64,000 nucleotides of DNA from Eledone cirrhosa (lineage: Eukaryota). A model generated the notes under the pieces. It saw only the letters and a program-made list of their open reading frames with translations. It was not told the origin of the DNA and did not search any database. The translations under genes and the position numbers were made by a program. Location: the NCBI GenBank assembly GCA_964016885.1, contig CAXHJY010000343.1, positions 124,001 to 188,000 of the forward strand, given 5' to 3'. Shown piece after piece: positions 37,223 to 50,658 of this stretch; positions within the stretch are counted from its first letter, which is position 1, and every line of letters begins with the position of its first letter.

Positions 37223-38581
37223 TTATGATTTCTCTTCTGCATGTATAAGTTTGTGAGTAGTTAAGCTACTTTTCCCAGAGAATGATATACCACAGATATC
37301 ACAGTGATATGGCTTCTCTCCTGTATGTGTACGTATGTGTCTAGTTAAGGTACTACTTTCAGAAAATGATATACCACAGATATCACAGTGGTATGGCTTG
37401 TCTCGTGTATGTATACGATTGTGAGTAGTTAGGCTACTTTTCCCAGAGAATGATATACCACAGATATCACAATGATATGGCTTGTCTCCTGTATGTGTAC
37501 GCATGTGTCTAGTTAAGTGACTACTATCAGAGAATGATATACCACAGATATCACAGTGATATGGCTTGTCTCCTGTATGTGTACGTATGTGTCTAGTTAA
37601 GTGACTACTTACAGAGAATGATTTACCACAGATATCACAGTCGTATGGCTTGTCTCCAGTATGTATACGTTTGTGGCTAGTTAAGTTACCACTTTGAGAG
37701 AATGATAAACCACAGATCCCACAGTGATATGGCATGTCTCCTGTATGGGTACGCTTGTGGCTAGTTAAGTTACTACTATCCGAGAATGATATACCACAGA
37801 TATCACAATGGTATGGCTTGTTTCCGGTATGTGTACGTTTATGTCTAGTTAAGGTACTACTTTGAGAGAATGATTTACCACAGATATCACAGTGATATGG
37901 CTTGTCTCTTGTATGTATACGTTTGTGGCTAGTTAAGGCACTTCTTTGAGAGAATGATATACCACAGATATCACAGTGGTATGGCTTGTCTCCTGTATGG
38001 GTACGTTTGTGAGTAGATAAGTTACTACTATCAGGGAATAATTTACCACAGATATCACATTGAAATGGCTTGTCTCCTGTATGTATACGTTTGTGGACAG
38101 TTAAGGTACTACTTTGAGAGAATGATTTACCACAGGACTCACAATGATATGGCACGTCTCCTGTATGCATACGTTTGTGCTTAATTAAGGTACTACTTTC
38201 AGAGAATGATTTACCACAGATATCACAGTGATATGGCTTCTCTCCTGTATGTGTACGTTTGTGATGAGTTAAGCTACTACTTTGAGAGAATGATTTACCA
38301 CAGATATCACAGTGATATGGCTTCTCTCCTGTATGTATACGATTGTGGTTAGTTAAGGCACTACTTTGAGAGAATGATATCCCACAGAACTCACAATGAT
38401 ATGGCTTATCTCCTGTATGTATACATTTGTGTCTAGTCAAGGCACTACTATCAGAGAATGATTTACCACAGATATCACAGTGATATGGCTTCTCTTCTCT
38501 AACCTTCGTCATCTCACCAGTAATACTAAACATTTTCGATTGTGTTTCACATTTAATCTTTTCACTCAATTCATTTTCCAT
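37223..38581 (-). CDS. Tandem C2H2 zinc-finger protein B, 452 aa, 15 fingers
   Basis: 32-aa leader plus 15 x 28-aa fingers, ending [10 protein letters not shown]. Confidence 0.95.
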   Translation of the reverse strand: MENELSEKIKCETQSKMFSITGEMTKVREEKPYHCDICGKSFSDSSALTRHKCIHTGDKPYHCEFCGISFSQSSALTNHNRIHTGEKPYHCDICGKSFSQSSSLTHHKRTHTGEKPYHCDICGKSFSESSTLIKHKRMHTGDVPYHCESCGKSFSQSSTLTVHKRIHTGDKPFQCDICGKLFPDSSNLSTHKRTHTGDKPYHCDICGISFSQRSALTSHKRIHTRDKPYHCDICGKSFSQSSTLTRHKRTHTGNKPYHCDICGISFSDSSNLTSHKRTHTGDMPYHCGICGLSFSQSGNLTSHKRIHTGDKPYDCDICGKSFSVSSHLTRHIRTHTGDKPYHCDICGISFSDSSHLTRHMRTHTGDKPYHCDICGISFSGKSSLTTHNRIHTRDKPYHCDICGISFSESSTLTRHIRTHTGEKPYHCDICGISFSGKSSLTTHKLIHAEEKS

Positions 38582-39791
38582 AATGATTTCTACTTCAACA
38601 GAATATACAAATGTTTTACTTGTAATATTTTTTATATTATATTCCTTAAAAATATATCTTCTATATTTCCCTCAACTATATTTCAGTTAATATCTGAAGA
38701 TAATACAAGCTTCTTTTTCATCCAAGTTTAGTTAAAATACAAAATCATCTCATAGTTAAGAAAATAAACTCAGTTTTGAGGAAATATTTCACAGTAATTC
38801 AATGACAGATTTATATAAACAGTGTTATATAAGTTCTGTTAAGAAAGTTTTAGTCTTCAAATGATGATAAATAGAGGTGATGTATCCGAGATTGAAAATA
38901 ATAACTTATCCCAATGTCATCTGATATTCTGAAATAAGAAAGAAACAGTATGAGATAATACAGAATACTTAAGAAGCAGAGATAGACTTAACAGTGGAAA
39001 TTTTTTATTTCTATATTGGTAAACTGTAGATATCAACTTTACTGTCCAGAGCAATTCTCTCCAATGTAGGCACTGGTATTCCAGCATGCTCTATAAATTA
39101 TATCCTTCTATCTCTTCAGAGGGCCAACCCTGGCCAGACTTGCCTCCTGGCGTGGATGACCCGTCTAACCCATGCAATAATGGAAAAGTGGACGCTAAAT
39201 GGTGATGATACATATATATATCTATATCCCACTTACACTGGACATGTAAAAGACACAGCAAAAAGCACCCAGCCGACACTGTAAAGTGGACATGTAGGTA
39301 TCTTAGGCACCCAGTCCACACTGTCAATGTGGTTGGCGTTAAGAAGGGCATCCAGCCATAGAAAGCTAGCCAGAAACACCCCTATATGAGTGAGACACGG
39401 TCACCTGACCCAACTTGCCTCTAAATGGGACCCGTCTAACCCATGCTAGCGTGGAAGATAGACATTAATTGATGATGATGATATATAATTAAATGTTGTA
39501 GTTTGCTTGAAGCATTCTATATAATATATAACGTTGAAAGAGATAGAAGGCTAAACAATGGAAAATGGACTGTAAGATGAGGTAAGGAAAAGTAAAAGTT
39601 ACCTGGTAATCTTTGTTTGTTTTTTATTGTTGTTCTTTTATTTGTCCAATATTTTGGGACCTAAAAGTCCTTTCTTCAGGGTTTAACCCTTTAGCATTTA
39701 CACTACTCTATATATACTATTATATTTCCATGGTAATGTCTTTATCTCACATAACATTTACACTACTCTATATATACTATTATATTTCCAT

Positions 39792-39980
39792 GGCGGTAGA
39801 TTGGCAGTATCGGTAGAGGGTCGGACGCCATGCTTTCCAGTATAGTTACGTCCCTTTACGATCTGAGTTCAAATCCCGCCGAGGTTGACTTTGCCTTTCA
39901 TCCTTACGGGGTCGATAAAATAAAGTACCAGTAATGCACTGGGTAATTGCTGGCCTTGTGCCTAAAGTAGAAACAATTAT
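39792..39980 (+). mobile_element. Second-family SINE specific to copy B
   Basis: GGCGGTAGATTGGCAG head; flanked by TTATATTTCCAT inside a short 60-bp tandem; copy A (~11795-11850) lacks it. Confidence 0.85.
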
Positions 39981-40318
39981 ATTTCCATGGTAAAGACATT
40001 ACCTCACATAACATTTACACTACTCTATATATACTATTATATTTCCATGGTAAAGACATTACCTCACATGTCACATAATATCGAATCTTTGAGATTTTGA
40101 TATTATTTACATTGAGAACAATACCTTAACATCCGTATGAGTGGCCAATTACGGCTGTTTTAAAAAGAAAAGGTGGACAAAATTCTGGCTAGTTATGGCC
40201 AGTTTAAATGTGAAAGGGATAAGCAACATTCAGTGGATAATGTTCCAATTTCCTCTCTTTGGGATTAAATTTTGATTTTGATTAAAAAGTTTTCTAAGTC
40301 ATTTTCAAACATTTTATA

Positions 40319-40935
40319 AAATTGATGGAAGATGTGAAGTAGAAAGACCTAGGATGAGGTGATAAAAGCTGACCTCACACAATTGATGGGAGCTGTGAAG
40401 TAGGAAGATCTAGTTTGAGGTGATAAAAGCTGACCTCACACAATTGATGGAAGCTATGGAGTAAGAAGGCCTGGGCGGAGGTGATAAAAGCTGACCTCAC
40501 ACAATTGATGGGAGCTGTGGTGTAGGAAAACCTAGGATGAGGTGATAAAAGCTGACCTCACACAATTGATGGGAGCTGTGGAGTAGGAAGATCTAGTTTG
40601 AGGGGATAAAAGCTGACCTCACACAATTGATGGAAGCTATGGAGTAAGAAGGCCTGGGCTGAGGTGATAAAAGCTGACCTCACACAATTGATGGAAGCTA
40701 TGGAGTAAAAAGACCTAGTTTGAGGCGTTAAAAGCTGACCTCACACAATTGATGGAAGCTATGGAATAGGAAGATCTAGTTTGAGGTGATAACAGCTGAC
40801 CTCACACAATTGATGGAAGCTATGAAGTAGGAAGATCTAGGATCAGGTGATAAAAGCTGACCTCACACAATTGATGGAAGCTATAGAGAAGGAAGACCTG
40901 GGATGAGGTGATAAAAGCTGACCTGACACAATTGC
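40319..40935. repeat. 61-bp RTE-derived minisatellite, ~10 units
   Basis: Period of 61; runs directly into the RTE ORF end at 40935-41000. Confidence 0.92.
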
Positions 40936-41243
40936 ACTTCTCAAAGACAATGACACAGGATTGAGATATTTGGTGTTATACAGTAATATAGAAGACCAGC
41001 CTTCCCTAGCATTGGTATCAATGACTCCCACATGGACATCAATACACATCTATATATACACACCTAACATATTGAAGACCATATTATTTGCAACTAGGAA
41101 GTTCCCCTCTGAGGCACAAGTCTGGTTGTTTGAGGAAGACCAGCAGTCACCCAAGTATACCAGTCTACCCTCTCCATGCCACAGATGTTGTCCAAGGGAA
41201 AGGTAATGGCTGATACAGCTTGGAACATCACTACATATATATA

Positions 41244-42139
41244 AGAGGTGTGTCAGAAAAGTTCCAGGACTGATGTCACAAAAGATTTATTTCAAACCCA
41301 AACTTCACACTAAGAGTTATCTCCTTCAAAGTAATCCCCCTGGAGTATGTAACTGTAATCTTAGCTCTCTGCAGCAATCAAACTTTTTTCTTCATAATTT
41401 TATATACATGTCCTCTGTTTCTGGACGTCAAGCAATGAGCACAGAGCAATGAACAAACTTGAAAACTCCGTCAGAAACACTGGGATTGCTGCAGCAAGTG
41501 TATGGAGATTAGACGATGTCACCTTCACGTGTTTTTGAGTGGTGCAAGAGGTTTAAAGAAGGATGCGACGCCGTGGAAGATGACCCCAGGAGCGGAAGGT
41601 CCTCAACAACCAGGACTAAGGTCAACATTGAGCGCGTCAGGCAGATGGTGCGTAGCAATCGTCGGCTGACTGTTCGACTGATGGCTAATGAGCTGGGCAT
41701 GAATCGGGACAGCGTCTGGAAGATTCTCACTGAAGATTTGGACATGCGGAAAGTCTGCGCAAAGATGGTGCCAAAACTGCTGAACGATGACCAGAAGGGT
41801 CGACGCATGCAAGTGTGCCAGGACATCCTCGAGCGTCTTGAAACTGAACCAGACTTGCTAGGGACAGTCATCACCGGTGATGAGTCATGGATCTTCAACT
41901 ACGACCAGGAAGGGACCCGTTTTGAATATGTGGACGACAACAAAAAGGCTGTGACGACGGAACTGCGGAGGGTCCCGGAAGAATCCTTCTAGGAGTGCAT
42001 GCAAGCGTGGTAGCAAATGATGGAAAAGTGTTTTAGACTCCAGGGGGATTACTTTGAAGGAGAAAACTCTTAGTGTGAAGTTTGGGTTTGAAATAAAACT
42101 TTTGTGACATCAGTCCTGGAACTTTTCTGACCCACCTCA
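41244..42139 (+). mobile_element. Internally deleted mariner element with ~103-bp TIRs
   Basis: TA flanks; TIRs 41244-41346 and 42037-42139; ORF 41516-41992 has HTH region, VPKLL linker and ITGDESW, fused to the C-terminal GTRF...GDYFEG region. Confidence 0.93.
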
Positions 42140-42169
42140 TATATATATTATATATACACTGTCTACATT

Positions 42170-42640
42170 ATATATCATACACTATATATGTTGTCCAAGG
42201 GAAAGGTAATGGCTGATACAGCTTGACACCAGTGACATCACAACATATATATACACTGTGTACAGTATATATTATACACTATATATGTTGTCCATGGGAA
42301 ACTCAATGGCTGATACAGCTTGACACTAGTGACATCACAACATATATATACACTGTGTACAGTATATATTATACACTATATATGTTGTCCAAGGGAAACT
42401 CAATGGCTGATACAGCTTGGCACCAGTAACATCACAACATATATATACACTGTGTACAATATATATTATACACTATATATGTTGTCCATGGGAAACTCAA
42501 TGGCTGATACAGCTTGACACTAGTGACATCACAACATATATATACACTGTGTACAGTATATATTATACACTATATATGTTGTCCAAGGAAAGGCAATGGC
42601 TGACACAGCTTGGCACCAGTGACATCACAACATATATATA

Positions 42641-42678
<38 letters not shown>

Positions 42679-42875
42679 TGTGTACACTATATATTATACA
42701 CTCTATATGTTGTCCAAGAGAAAGGCAATGGCTGACACAGCTTGGCACCAGTGACATCACAACATATATATACACACAGTGTGCAATATATATTATACAC
42801 TATATAAGTTGTCCAAGGGAAAGGCAATGGCTGACACAGCTTGGCACCAGTGACATCACAACATATATATATGTA
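42170..42875. repeat. SINE-derived 97-bp composite tandem repeat, ~7 units
   Basis: Period of 97 in the first units; the GC-richer block equals the SINE body at 41185-41225. Confidence 0.88.
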
Positions 42876-42879
42876 TACT

Positions 42880-45754
42880 TATATCCCAGACATCCATAGA
42901 TTATTTCTATTCTACAGCTATCTCTCTTCCCCAGTTTCAAAATGTTCTGTTTACATTATTATTATTATCATTCACTTGTTTCCACAACGTATATACTTAG
43001 ACCTTGTTTTTGATATAAACCATGTTGGACATTGTGTCTTTCTCTACAAACTCATCCCTAACCCCCGCCATTACCTCCCCTTTCTCCCACTCATTCATTT
43101 CGGTGTTTACAAAGCTAGGTGACCATCTTCAAAGTTCTTGCATATTTGCCTTGTCTAATATATCTACTTACATCTGCTTATTTCCCCCGAATCTCCTGTG
43201 ATGATATATGTCATGATGGCTACCTATCTCACAATTTCCCACTCACCACCATAGGCTATTTGACCAATCAAACCTCAGCAACATGTCCTAACACATTACT
43301 AGCCCCAACAAACTCTGCCATTACTACGACTGTCCTTCTAGCCCTTACCAACCCCAACAAACTCTGCTATTACTCCTACTGTCCTTCTAGCCCTTACCAG
43401 CCCCAACAAACTCTGCTATTACTCCTACTGTCCTTCTAGCCCTTACCAGCCCCAACAAACTCTGCCATTACTACTACTGTCCTTCTAGCCCTTACCAGCC
43501 CCAACAAACTCTGCCATTACTACTACTGGCCTTCTAGCCCTTACCAGTGCCAAGAAACTCTGCCATTACTACTATTGTCCTTCTAGACCTTACCAGCCCC
43601 AACAAACTCTGCCATTAATACTACTGTCCTTCTAGCCCTTACCAGCCCCAACAACCTCTGCCATTACTACTACTGTCCTTCTAGCCCTTACCAGCCCCAA
43701 CAAACTCTGCCATTACTACTACTGTCCTTCTAACCCTTACTAGCCCCAACAAACTCTGCCATTACTACTACTGTCCTTCAAGACCTTACCAGCCCCAACA
43801 AACTCTGCCATTACTACTACTGTCCTTCTAGCCCTGCACCAAAGAATTCTTGTTCACCGTTATGTATGGAGGAGCGAAGGATAAATGGAACAACCCCGAA
43901 TAAATAAATGAATATGAATCCGCGAGTTACCAAGCACCCATGCAAAGCTTTAATTCAGAGACAGGAAGCATTCACTCTCCCCTGCAAAAATTCACCCTCT
44001 CCCACAAATGATGGCAAATGTCCAAAACTCTGAGTTGGCAGCATCAACATAAGCACAATGAAAGGAAGGGAAGGAGAAATTATAGACATGCTAGAGTGAA
44101 AGGATATTGACGTATGCTGTGTGCAAGAGACTAGATGGAGAGGAGAGTCCACTAGAGTCCTTGTAGGCAAAAGTTAGTGCTATAAATTTTTCTGGGTGGG
44201 AAATGACAATGGGATGGGTGGTGTAGGTATACTATTAACTGAGAAATGCGTAGATAAAGTAATAACCACATATTGTTAATCAGGTAATACTAGAGGGTGT
44301 CATACCAAAGGATTGGTGCAACAGCATCATCGTCAACTGCTACAAGGGTAAAGTAGATGCACTAGATAGAATAAACTATAGAGGTATAAAGCTGATGGAC
44401 CAGGTTATGAAAGTAATGGAAAGAGTCATAGCACAGTTGATCAGGGACTGGGTAAAACTAGGTGAGATGCAGTTTGGGTTTGTGCCAGGAAAAAGCACCA
44501 CTGATGCCCTCTTCCTTCTGAGGCAGTTACAGGAAAAGTACCTAGCTAAAAGCAAGCTGCTCTCCCTGGCTTTTGTCTATCTGGAAAAATTCTTCGACAG
44601 AGACCCCGTGCTATAATCTGGTGGCCTCTTAGAAAACTAGGAGTAGATTATTGGCTTGTGAAAGCTGTACATGCCATGTATAGGGGAGCAGTCAGCAAAG
44701 AGTTAACAATGACTATAGCGGGGAATTTAGCATACAGTTCGGTGTCCACCAGGGCTCTGTTCTTAGCCCTTATTATAGTATTGCAGGCTATAACAGAAGA
44801 GTTTAAGACCGGATGCCCATAGGAACTCCTATATGCGGATGATCTTACACTTATAGCTGAATCTATGGCAGAACTAAAGAAACAAGCACCACCAAACTCT
44901 GGGAGAGCTCTGTAGAAACAATAGACAGCTTTTGCTACCTAGATGACCGAACAAGCAGGAGGTTGGTGTTCTGAAAGTACAGTAACCAGGGTAACGACGG
45001 GATTGAAGAAGTTCAGGGAGCTACTGCCACTGCTAGCTACAAAAGGCTTTTCCCTCAAAATGAAAGACAGACAGTATGATGCGTGCATACGAACAGCAAT
45101 GTTACATGGTAGTGAGACCTGGGCGCTGTCTGTAGAAGACTTGCGTAGAAAGAAATGAAGCTTGCATGCTCCGATGGATGTGTAATAGTAATATACATGA
45201 ACAGCAAAGCATTAACAAATTGAGAGAGAGACTGAGCATAAGAGGAATCAAATGCTGTGTGCAGGAGAGGAGGTTGTGTTGGTATAGACATGTGATGTGT
45301 ATGAAGGATGAAAGCTACATAAACAGATGCAGAGCACTAGAAGTCGATGGAAGCCATGGAGTGGGGAGACCCAAGAAGACCTGGGATGAGGTGATGAAAG
45401 CTGACCTTACCCAATTGCACCTCCCAAATGTGATGACACCGGACCGTGACCTCTGGCTTCACACAGTAATATAGAAGACCCGACTTCCCACGGGTACAAT
45501 CGAAGCTGAAGCATATAAACAATATGCCCCCACCCCCTCCCACTGTAAAGTGGCCGTGGAGGTGTCACAACAAAAAAGCACCCATCACTCACTGTGAGGT
45601 TGGTGTTAGGAAGGGCATCCAGCTGTAGAAATAAAGCCAAAATCAGTTCCCATCTGAGTAAGACAAGGTCACCCTACCTGGCACTGCCCACAACAGGATA
45701 ACCTGTCTAACCCATACTACCGTGGAAGAAGGGACGTAAAACAGTGATGATGAT
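42880..45754 (+). mobile_element. Internally deleted RTE LINE derivative (copy B)
   Basis: APE N-terminus (VQETRW, GVGILL) fused to RT (QFGFVPGKSTTDA, YADD) and C-terminus; (TGA)n tail. Confidence 0.88.
43298..43835. repeat. 49-bp minisatellite, ~11 units
   Basis: Reverse complement of the 6976-8815 monomer. Confidence 0.92.
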
Positions 45755-47000
45755 ATACATATATTTACACTGTGTACAGTATATATACACTATATACATT
45801 ATATATATACACTATATATATGTCCAAGAGAAAAGCAATGGCCAATACAGCTTGGCACCAGTGACATCTCAACATATAAACATAATATATATATTATATA
45901 TACACTATATACAGTATATATTATACACTATATATAATGTTGTCCACGAGAAAGGCTAGGTGTTGATACAGCTTGGCACCAATAACATCACAACTCATTT
46001 CTACAGCTGAGTAAACAATGTGAAATAAAGTGTCTTGCTCAAGGAAACAACACATCATACGGTGCGACAATCGAACTCACAACCATACGATTGTAAGCCC
46101 AATGCTTTAACCACTAAGCCAGGATACGTTCCAGAACCAACCCTGATATAGAGAGACCATAAAGACAACCGTTGTTTTCATAGTTTAAGCCTTAAAATAC
46201 CTCTCATACATGCTTTAAGTACATATAAACTCATTAAAACACACTTTTGTATTTAAACACCAAAAACAGCCAGTAACGATCGTATAGAAACTACCACCAA
46301 CTATCATACCACTAGTTACCAATGAGGACTATTGCCAGCCACGGTAGCCACTTGGTAATACACTGCACACCTCCCGTCAATCTATGAAAGGTTTGTAGTA
46401 GATTAGAGCAAAACACAATCAGTAAAACAATAATGGAATGAAAAATATAAACATTTGTTTATAATTAAAGCCTTAAGATGTCCCTTCCTTACGATATACA
46501 CTTTAATAACATTGAAACTTATTTAATAAGTTTAAATTTTAAACAATTTTTATTCAGACGTACCGCGATAAGAAACTAGATATGTTTTAACGAATAATCC
46601 GCGATGAGGCGAGGATTACCGCGATAGGAAATTAGATACGTTCGAAAGAAATATCCGTGATGTAACGGGACCGCGAAAAGTGAACCGCGATATAGCGGGG
46701 GATTACTGTATATATACACACACAACATACATCTATCTATATACACTCATAACATATATTTCGACATCTTACATTAAAATGTTGACTGAGGGTGTGACAA
46801 CTGTTTCTTGTTTGAGGTTATTCCAGTGGTTGAAATATAGACGGAGGTAATTTAAATAATAAAGACAGTCATGATAACAATATATTTTATATCACATGTA
46901 ACAGTGGAATCTGGTTAATTACTGGATCGTTGTAAGGTTCACATCATTATATTATTTACACACATTAATATAGACATTAAGTAAATCTTTGTCAACTTAC

Positions 47001-47245
47001 CTCCTTCACATATAATCAATGTGTTGTGTTGTTAGTTGTTACTAAACAACCAAAGAAATAATCTCTTTGTTATCAAATTAGAAGTTTCAATGTTATCAGC
47101 TTTATTTCACGACATTAACGTTGGTGTATCTTCTTCATCTTTAGTCATAAATTGATATCTTGTCAGAATGAAGTAGTGAGGCTGACTTTATGTCTTTAGC
47201 TACAGATTAGATAGGAAATATATATATATTAGGTTGATATGTGGT
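47001..47245 (-). other. Putative non-coding 5' exon of ZNF gene B
   Basis: Paralog of 1244-1484 with intact GAG|GTAAGT donor. Confidence 0.5.
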
Positions 47246-49946
47246 CTAAAATATATATATTGTCTATAAATGACTGATAGCAGATGTTCTGGTGAAATAG
47301 TAGTTTTACTACTACAGATTGTAATGGAACTCTTAGTAGACACAATTGTAAAGTAAGAATAGATATGACAGTGTAAGACTGATGGCGGGGAATTAAAATT
47401 GTGATATATATATATATATATATATAATTGTTACACAAGATATAATTAGATTAATTAAAGTTATAATGTAGACAGCAGGTACCCGGTGTCGTTGAGAATG
47501 TTTCAACTCTCGTATCGGTGTCATACCTTAAAAGTCCCTGATAAAATTTAATACATTCGGACAGTCCCAATCGTATTTAATCGATGGCAAATTAAAAAGT
47601 ATCACTCAGTAAAATATCATTTACATATCTACGTAGTCTCTCACCCTGCTGGAAATAGCAGTGAAATTATCCATTAAGGATTTTTTTTCTTTAAACTCTT
47701 ACGTTTAGTTAAACAATCAACACAGCAAGTCTTTTGTACAGACTTCAGAATAGGCTCGAAAACCGGCAGAATATCAGTCTCCTTCTTGCTATATATATAT
47801 ATCTATATATATACATATATATATATACACACGCACGCACACATAATATATATACAGTGAAATTCCGATATAACGAAATTCACTCAGTATGAAAATAATT
47901 TGTTGTAACGAAAAATTCTTTATAACCGAATCAAATCGTTTGTTTGTTGTATTCTAGTTATGGTGTTTCACATGGAACCTTATATATATAACACAGAGAA
48001 GTATAAAGTCCAAGTGAAAATATAAGACAACATATAATCTAATAAGAAGGTTAAAGAAAAGAAGGAAAAACAAGTGAAATGAAAGAGAAAGTTGAAAGGA
48101 AAAGTTAGAAAAGAATCATTGAAATAATTATTCTACAAAGTGTTCTGTCTCATTTAGAAAGTGTTTTCTATGTTGGCCAGCTAAAATCTTCCCTCACTCA
48201 ATTGTATCAAGTTCATTAGTTAATCCTAACTTTCCTGTAAAAAATTACTGATTTCAACAACTTTTTGGCTAAAACCACTAACAATAACAAATATGTTTGT
48301 TTCGAGAGAAGGAGTGAAGACCTCTATGTGGTTACTTGACCTGTTGGAAATAGCAGCAAATTTCTTTCAGGTCACATACCTTCTTGAATTAGGAAAAGAC
48401 TGTTTGGTCGGTTGCTTTAAGCCCCAGTTTAAAGACAATCGGGAACTAAACGGGGGTTAGTTCCCTAATGAAATATATATCAGGATTGAGTGATCCAAGT
48501 TTCAGTTTGACATTTTATTCGTAATTACGTGTAACACGTGTTTCGTGAATGTATTATATTTATTTCTCCTCCACTGTTTTTGATACATCTCAATATTCTG
48601 TCTAGGCAGCCGTCCCTGCTGGACGGGTTTTTTTAGGGCTCCCTTTAAGTCAACATAAGCAACACATACAACCATGTGCGACTACCCACCAAAAACAAGA
48701 AATCAATCACTGAAATATTGACTTAAATAGTCCTTACAAACCTAAGGTAACACATCAAAAAGCCTACTTAGCCTTACCAGGACGAAAGCTAGGACATTCC
48801 ACAATTTATTACTCATCTGAACGTTATTTCCATAATTATGTGGTTGGTACCAGTACATCTCTCAACAAGATTTCTGCTCTGTTAACCTGGCTTCCACACA
48901 CTGAAGCATTAACACTGCAGTAACTCAACCACCCTTACAACACGTGGGTTGTATTTACAAGCAAAAGAAAAGAAAACACGTAAAGATTAATTCAAACACA
49001 AACAAAAAGAAAGATCTATCGCCTTGCTTCTCCATATTTTTATTGAAGATTCCCATCCAACATCTGCTAACACAATAAGTTAGTTTCAGAAGCCCCAAGT
49101 TCGAGCAGTGATTCGGTAATCTTGGTAAAGTTAAACCTACATAAGTATATATAATTCAAACTAAGGGTCAGACCTGTAGTAATTGAATGAATTTCTCCAC
49201 AATTTAGCTGTTCATATTATAGATCATCTTGCCTGTGTTGAAATATGAAACCACAGAAGCATCACTATCGCAGCCTTAATCGTGGTTCAGTGACACTACA
49301 TGCTCAACAGCTCCTACCCAACGACCAACACAACACCCCACCTAAAGACAAGAACCTTACAGTTAGCAGCCCGACTCCCTCTCTTTTTATTTGTATTATG
49401 ACGACGGTATGATCTGAGTTCAAATCCCTCCGAGGTTAACTTTGCTTTTTATCTTTACGGGGTCGATAAAATAAAGTACCAGTAATGCACTGGTATTGAT
49501 CTAATCTACTTTCCCCTCCCCCCAAAATGGTTGGTTTTATGCCTATATAAGAAACCACTATTATCACGACGGTTCTGTTAACAAATAAACTGTTTTAGAT
49601 TTTTCAAAATTTATTTTAACATTAATTTAGATCAATTATAATAATCTTCTTTCATAGACATTAAAATCAAACATAATTTAATCATACATTGTAGTTTTTA
49701 ATAAGTTAGTAATTCATTGTATGTATATAAATAAATAAAATATTTTATGTGCATAACTGTCCATCTATATGTATACATGTATGTATAAAAATATATTTAC
49801 ATACATATATACATCTTCAGACGTATAAACATAAGTGTATATATATATATATTCATATAAATATATATATATGTATACACGTGTAGAATATTTAATGGAA
49901 TACATAAGAGTATATATTTATAAATATATGTGCGTATATATATATA

Positions 49947-50658
49947 TGTAACGGAATATTGTGTGTGGTTGTAACGACAAGTGGATGGATGTAACTGTTG
50001 GTATGGTGGTTTTGGTGTGAAGAAAAATACCAGGATTGTTGTTACAAAGTTTATTTTATTACAACAATATTCAATTTGAATATTGAATGATAAAATAATT
50101 GACACAAAATATTCATACAATAATTTGGTGGCTCTTCGAGCCACGTAAATTCAAATATCACAGAATACGATTATAATACGTGTAAACAGAAATGAATGGT
50201 GTGTGTACAAATACTGGACTCACTATGAATACGTCTGTGCGGCGTATCAGTATATTTACTTATTTGTATTGCAGGAGTCAGCGATCAGCCAGAAAGGTGA
50301 GAATAAATGGCAGACTGGTTTTTCGTGACGAGTGCCTGTAAATGAGATTCGTCTTGTCTGTATCCCACTTCTTTTCTGTTTTTGGCGTAAACCATCCCTG
50401 TCTTTATAAGAGTTAAAGTTAGAAGGAAAGATATATCCTCTGAACTTTGGTTAGTCTCCCAAGGGATTAGTTTGACAAGTGTAAACAAGTCAGAAAGATG
50501 GATATATCCTCTGACTTATTTTCTGTCAGGCGTAAACACCTCTGACCTGTGTTTAGCCTCTCCCAAGGGGTTAGTCTCTTGAGCGTAAACAAATTACAAC
50601 GGCTTGTCCCAGAGGCGGGAAAGCTCAGATTCGGTTTCGAATCTTCGCCGCCGTTATA
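49947..50658. mobile_element. Possible solo LTR
   Basis: TGTAACGG ... CCGTTATA inverted termini inside (TA)n; minus-strand AATAAA near 50050. Confidence 0.4.

Larger units (their letters stand above)
33958..49205 (-). repeat. Segmental duplication unit B
   Basis: Inverted paralog of 1-19187. Confidence 0.92.

Noticed and set aside
50275-50296. 22-nt micro-exon (TTGCAG|...AAG|GTGAGA)
   Set aside because: Good splice signals, but it lies within an LTR-like repeat and has no partner exons; unsupported without RNA data.
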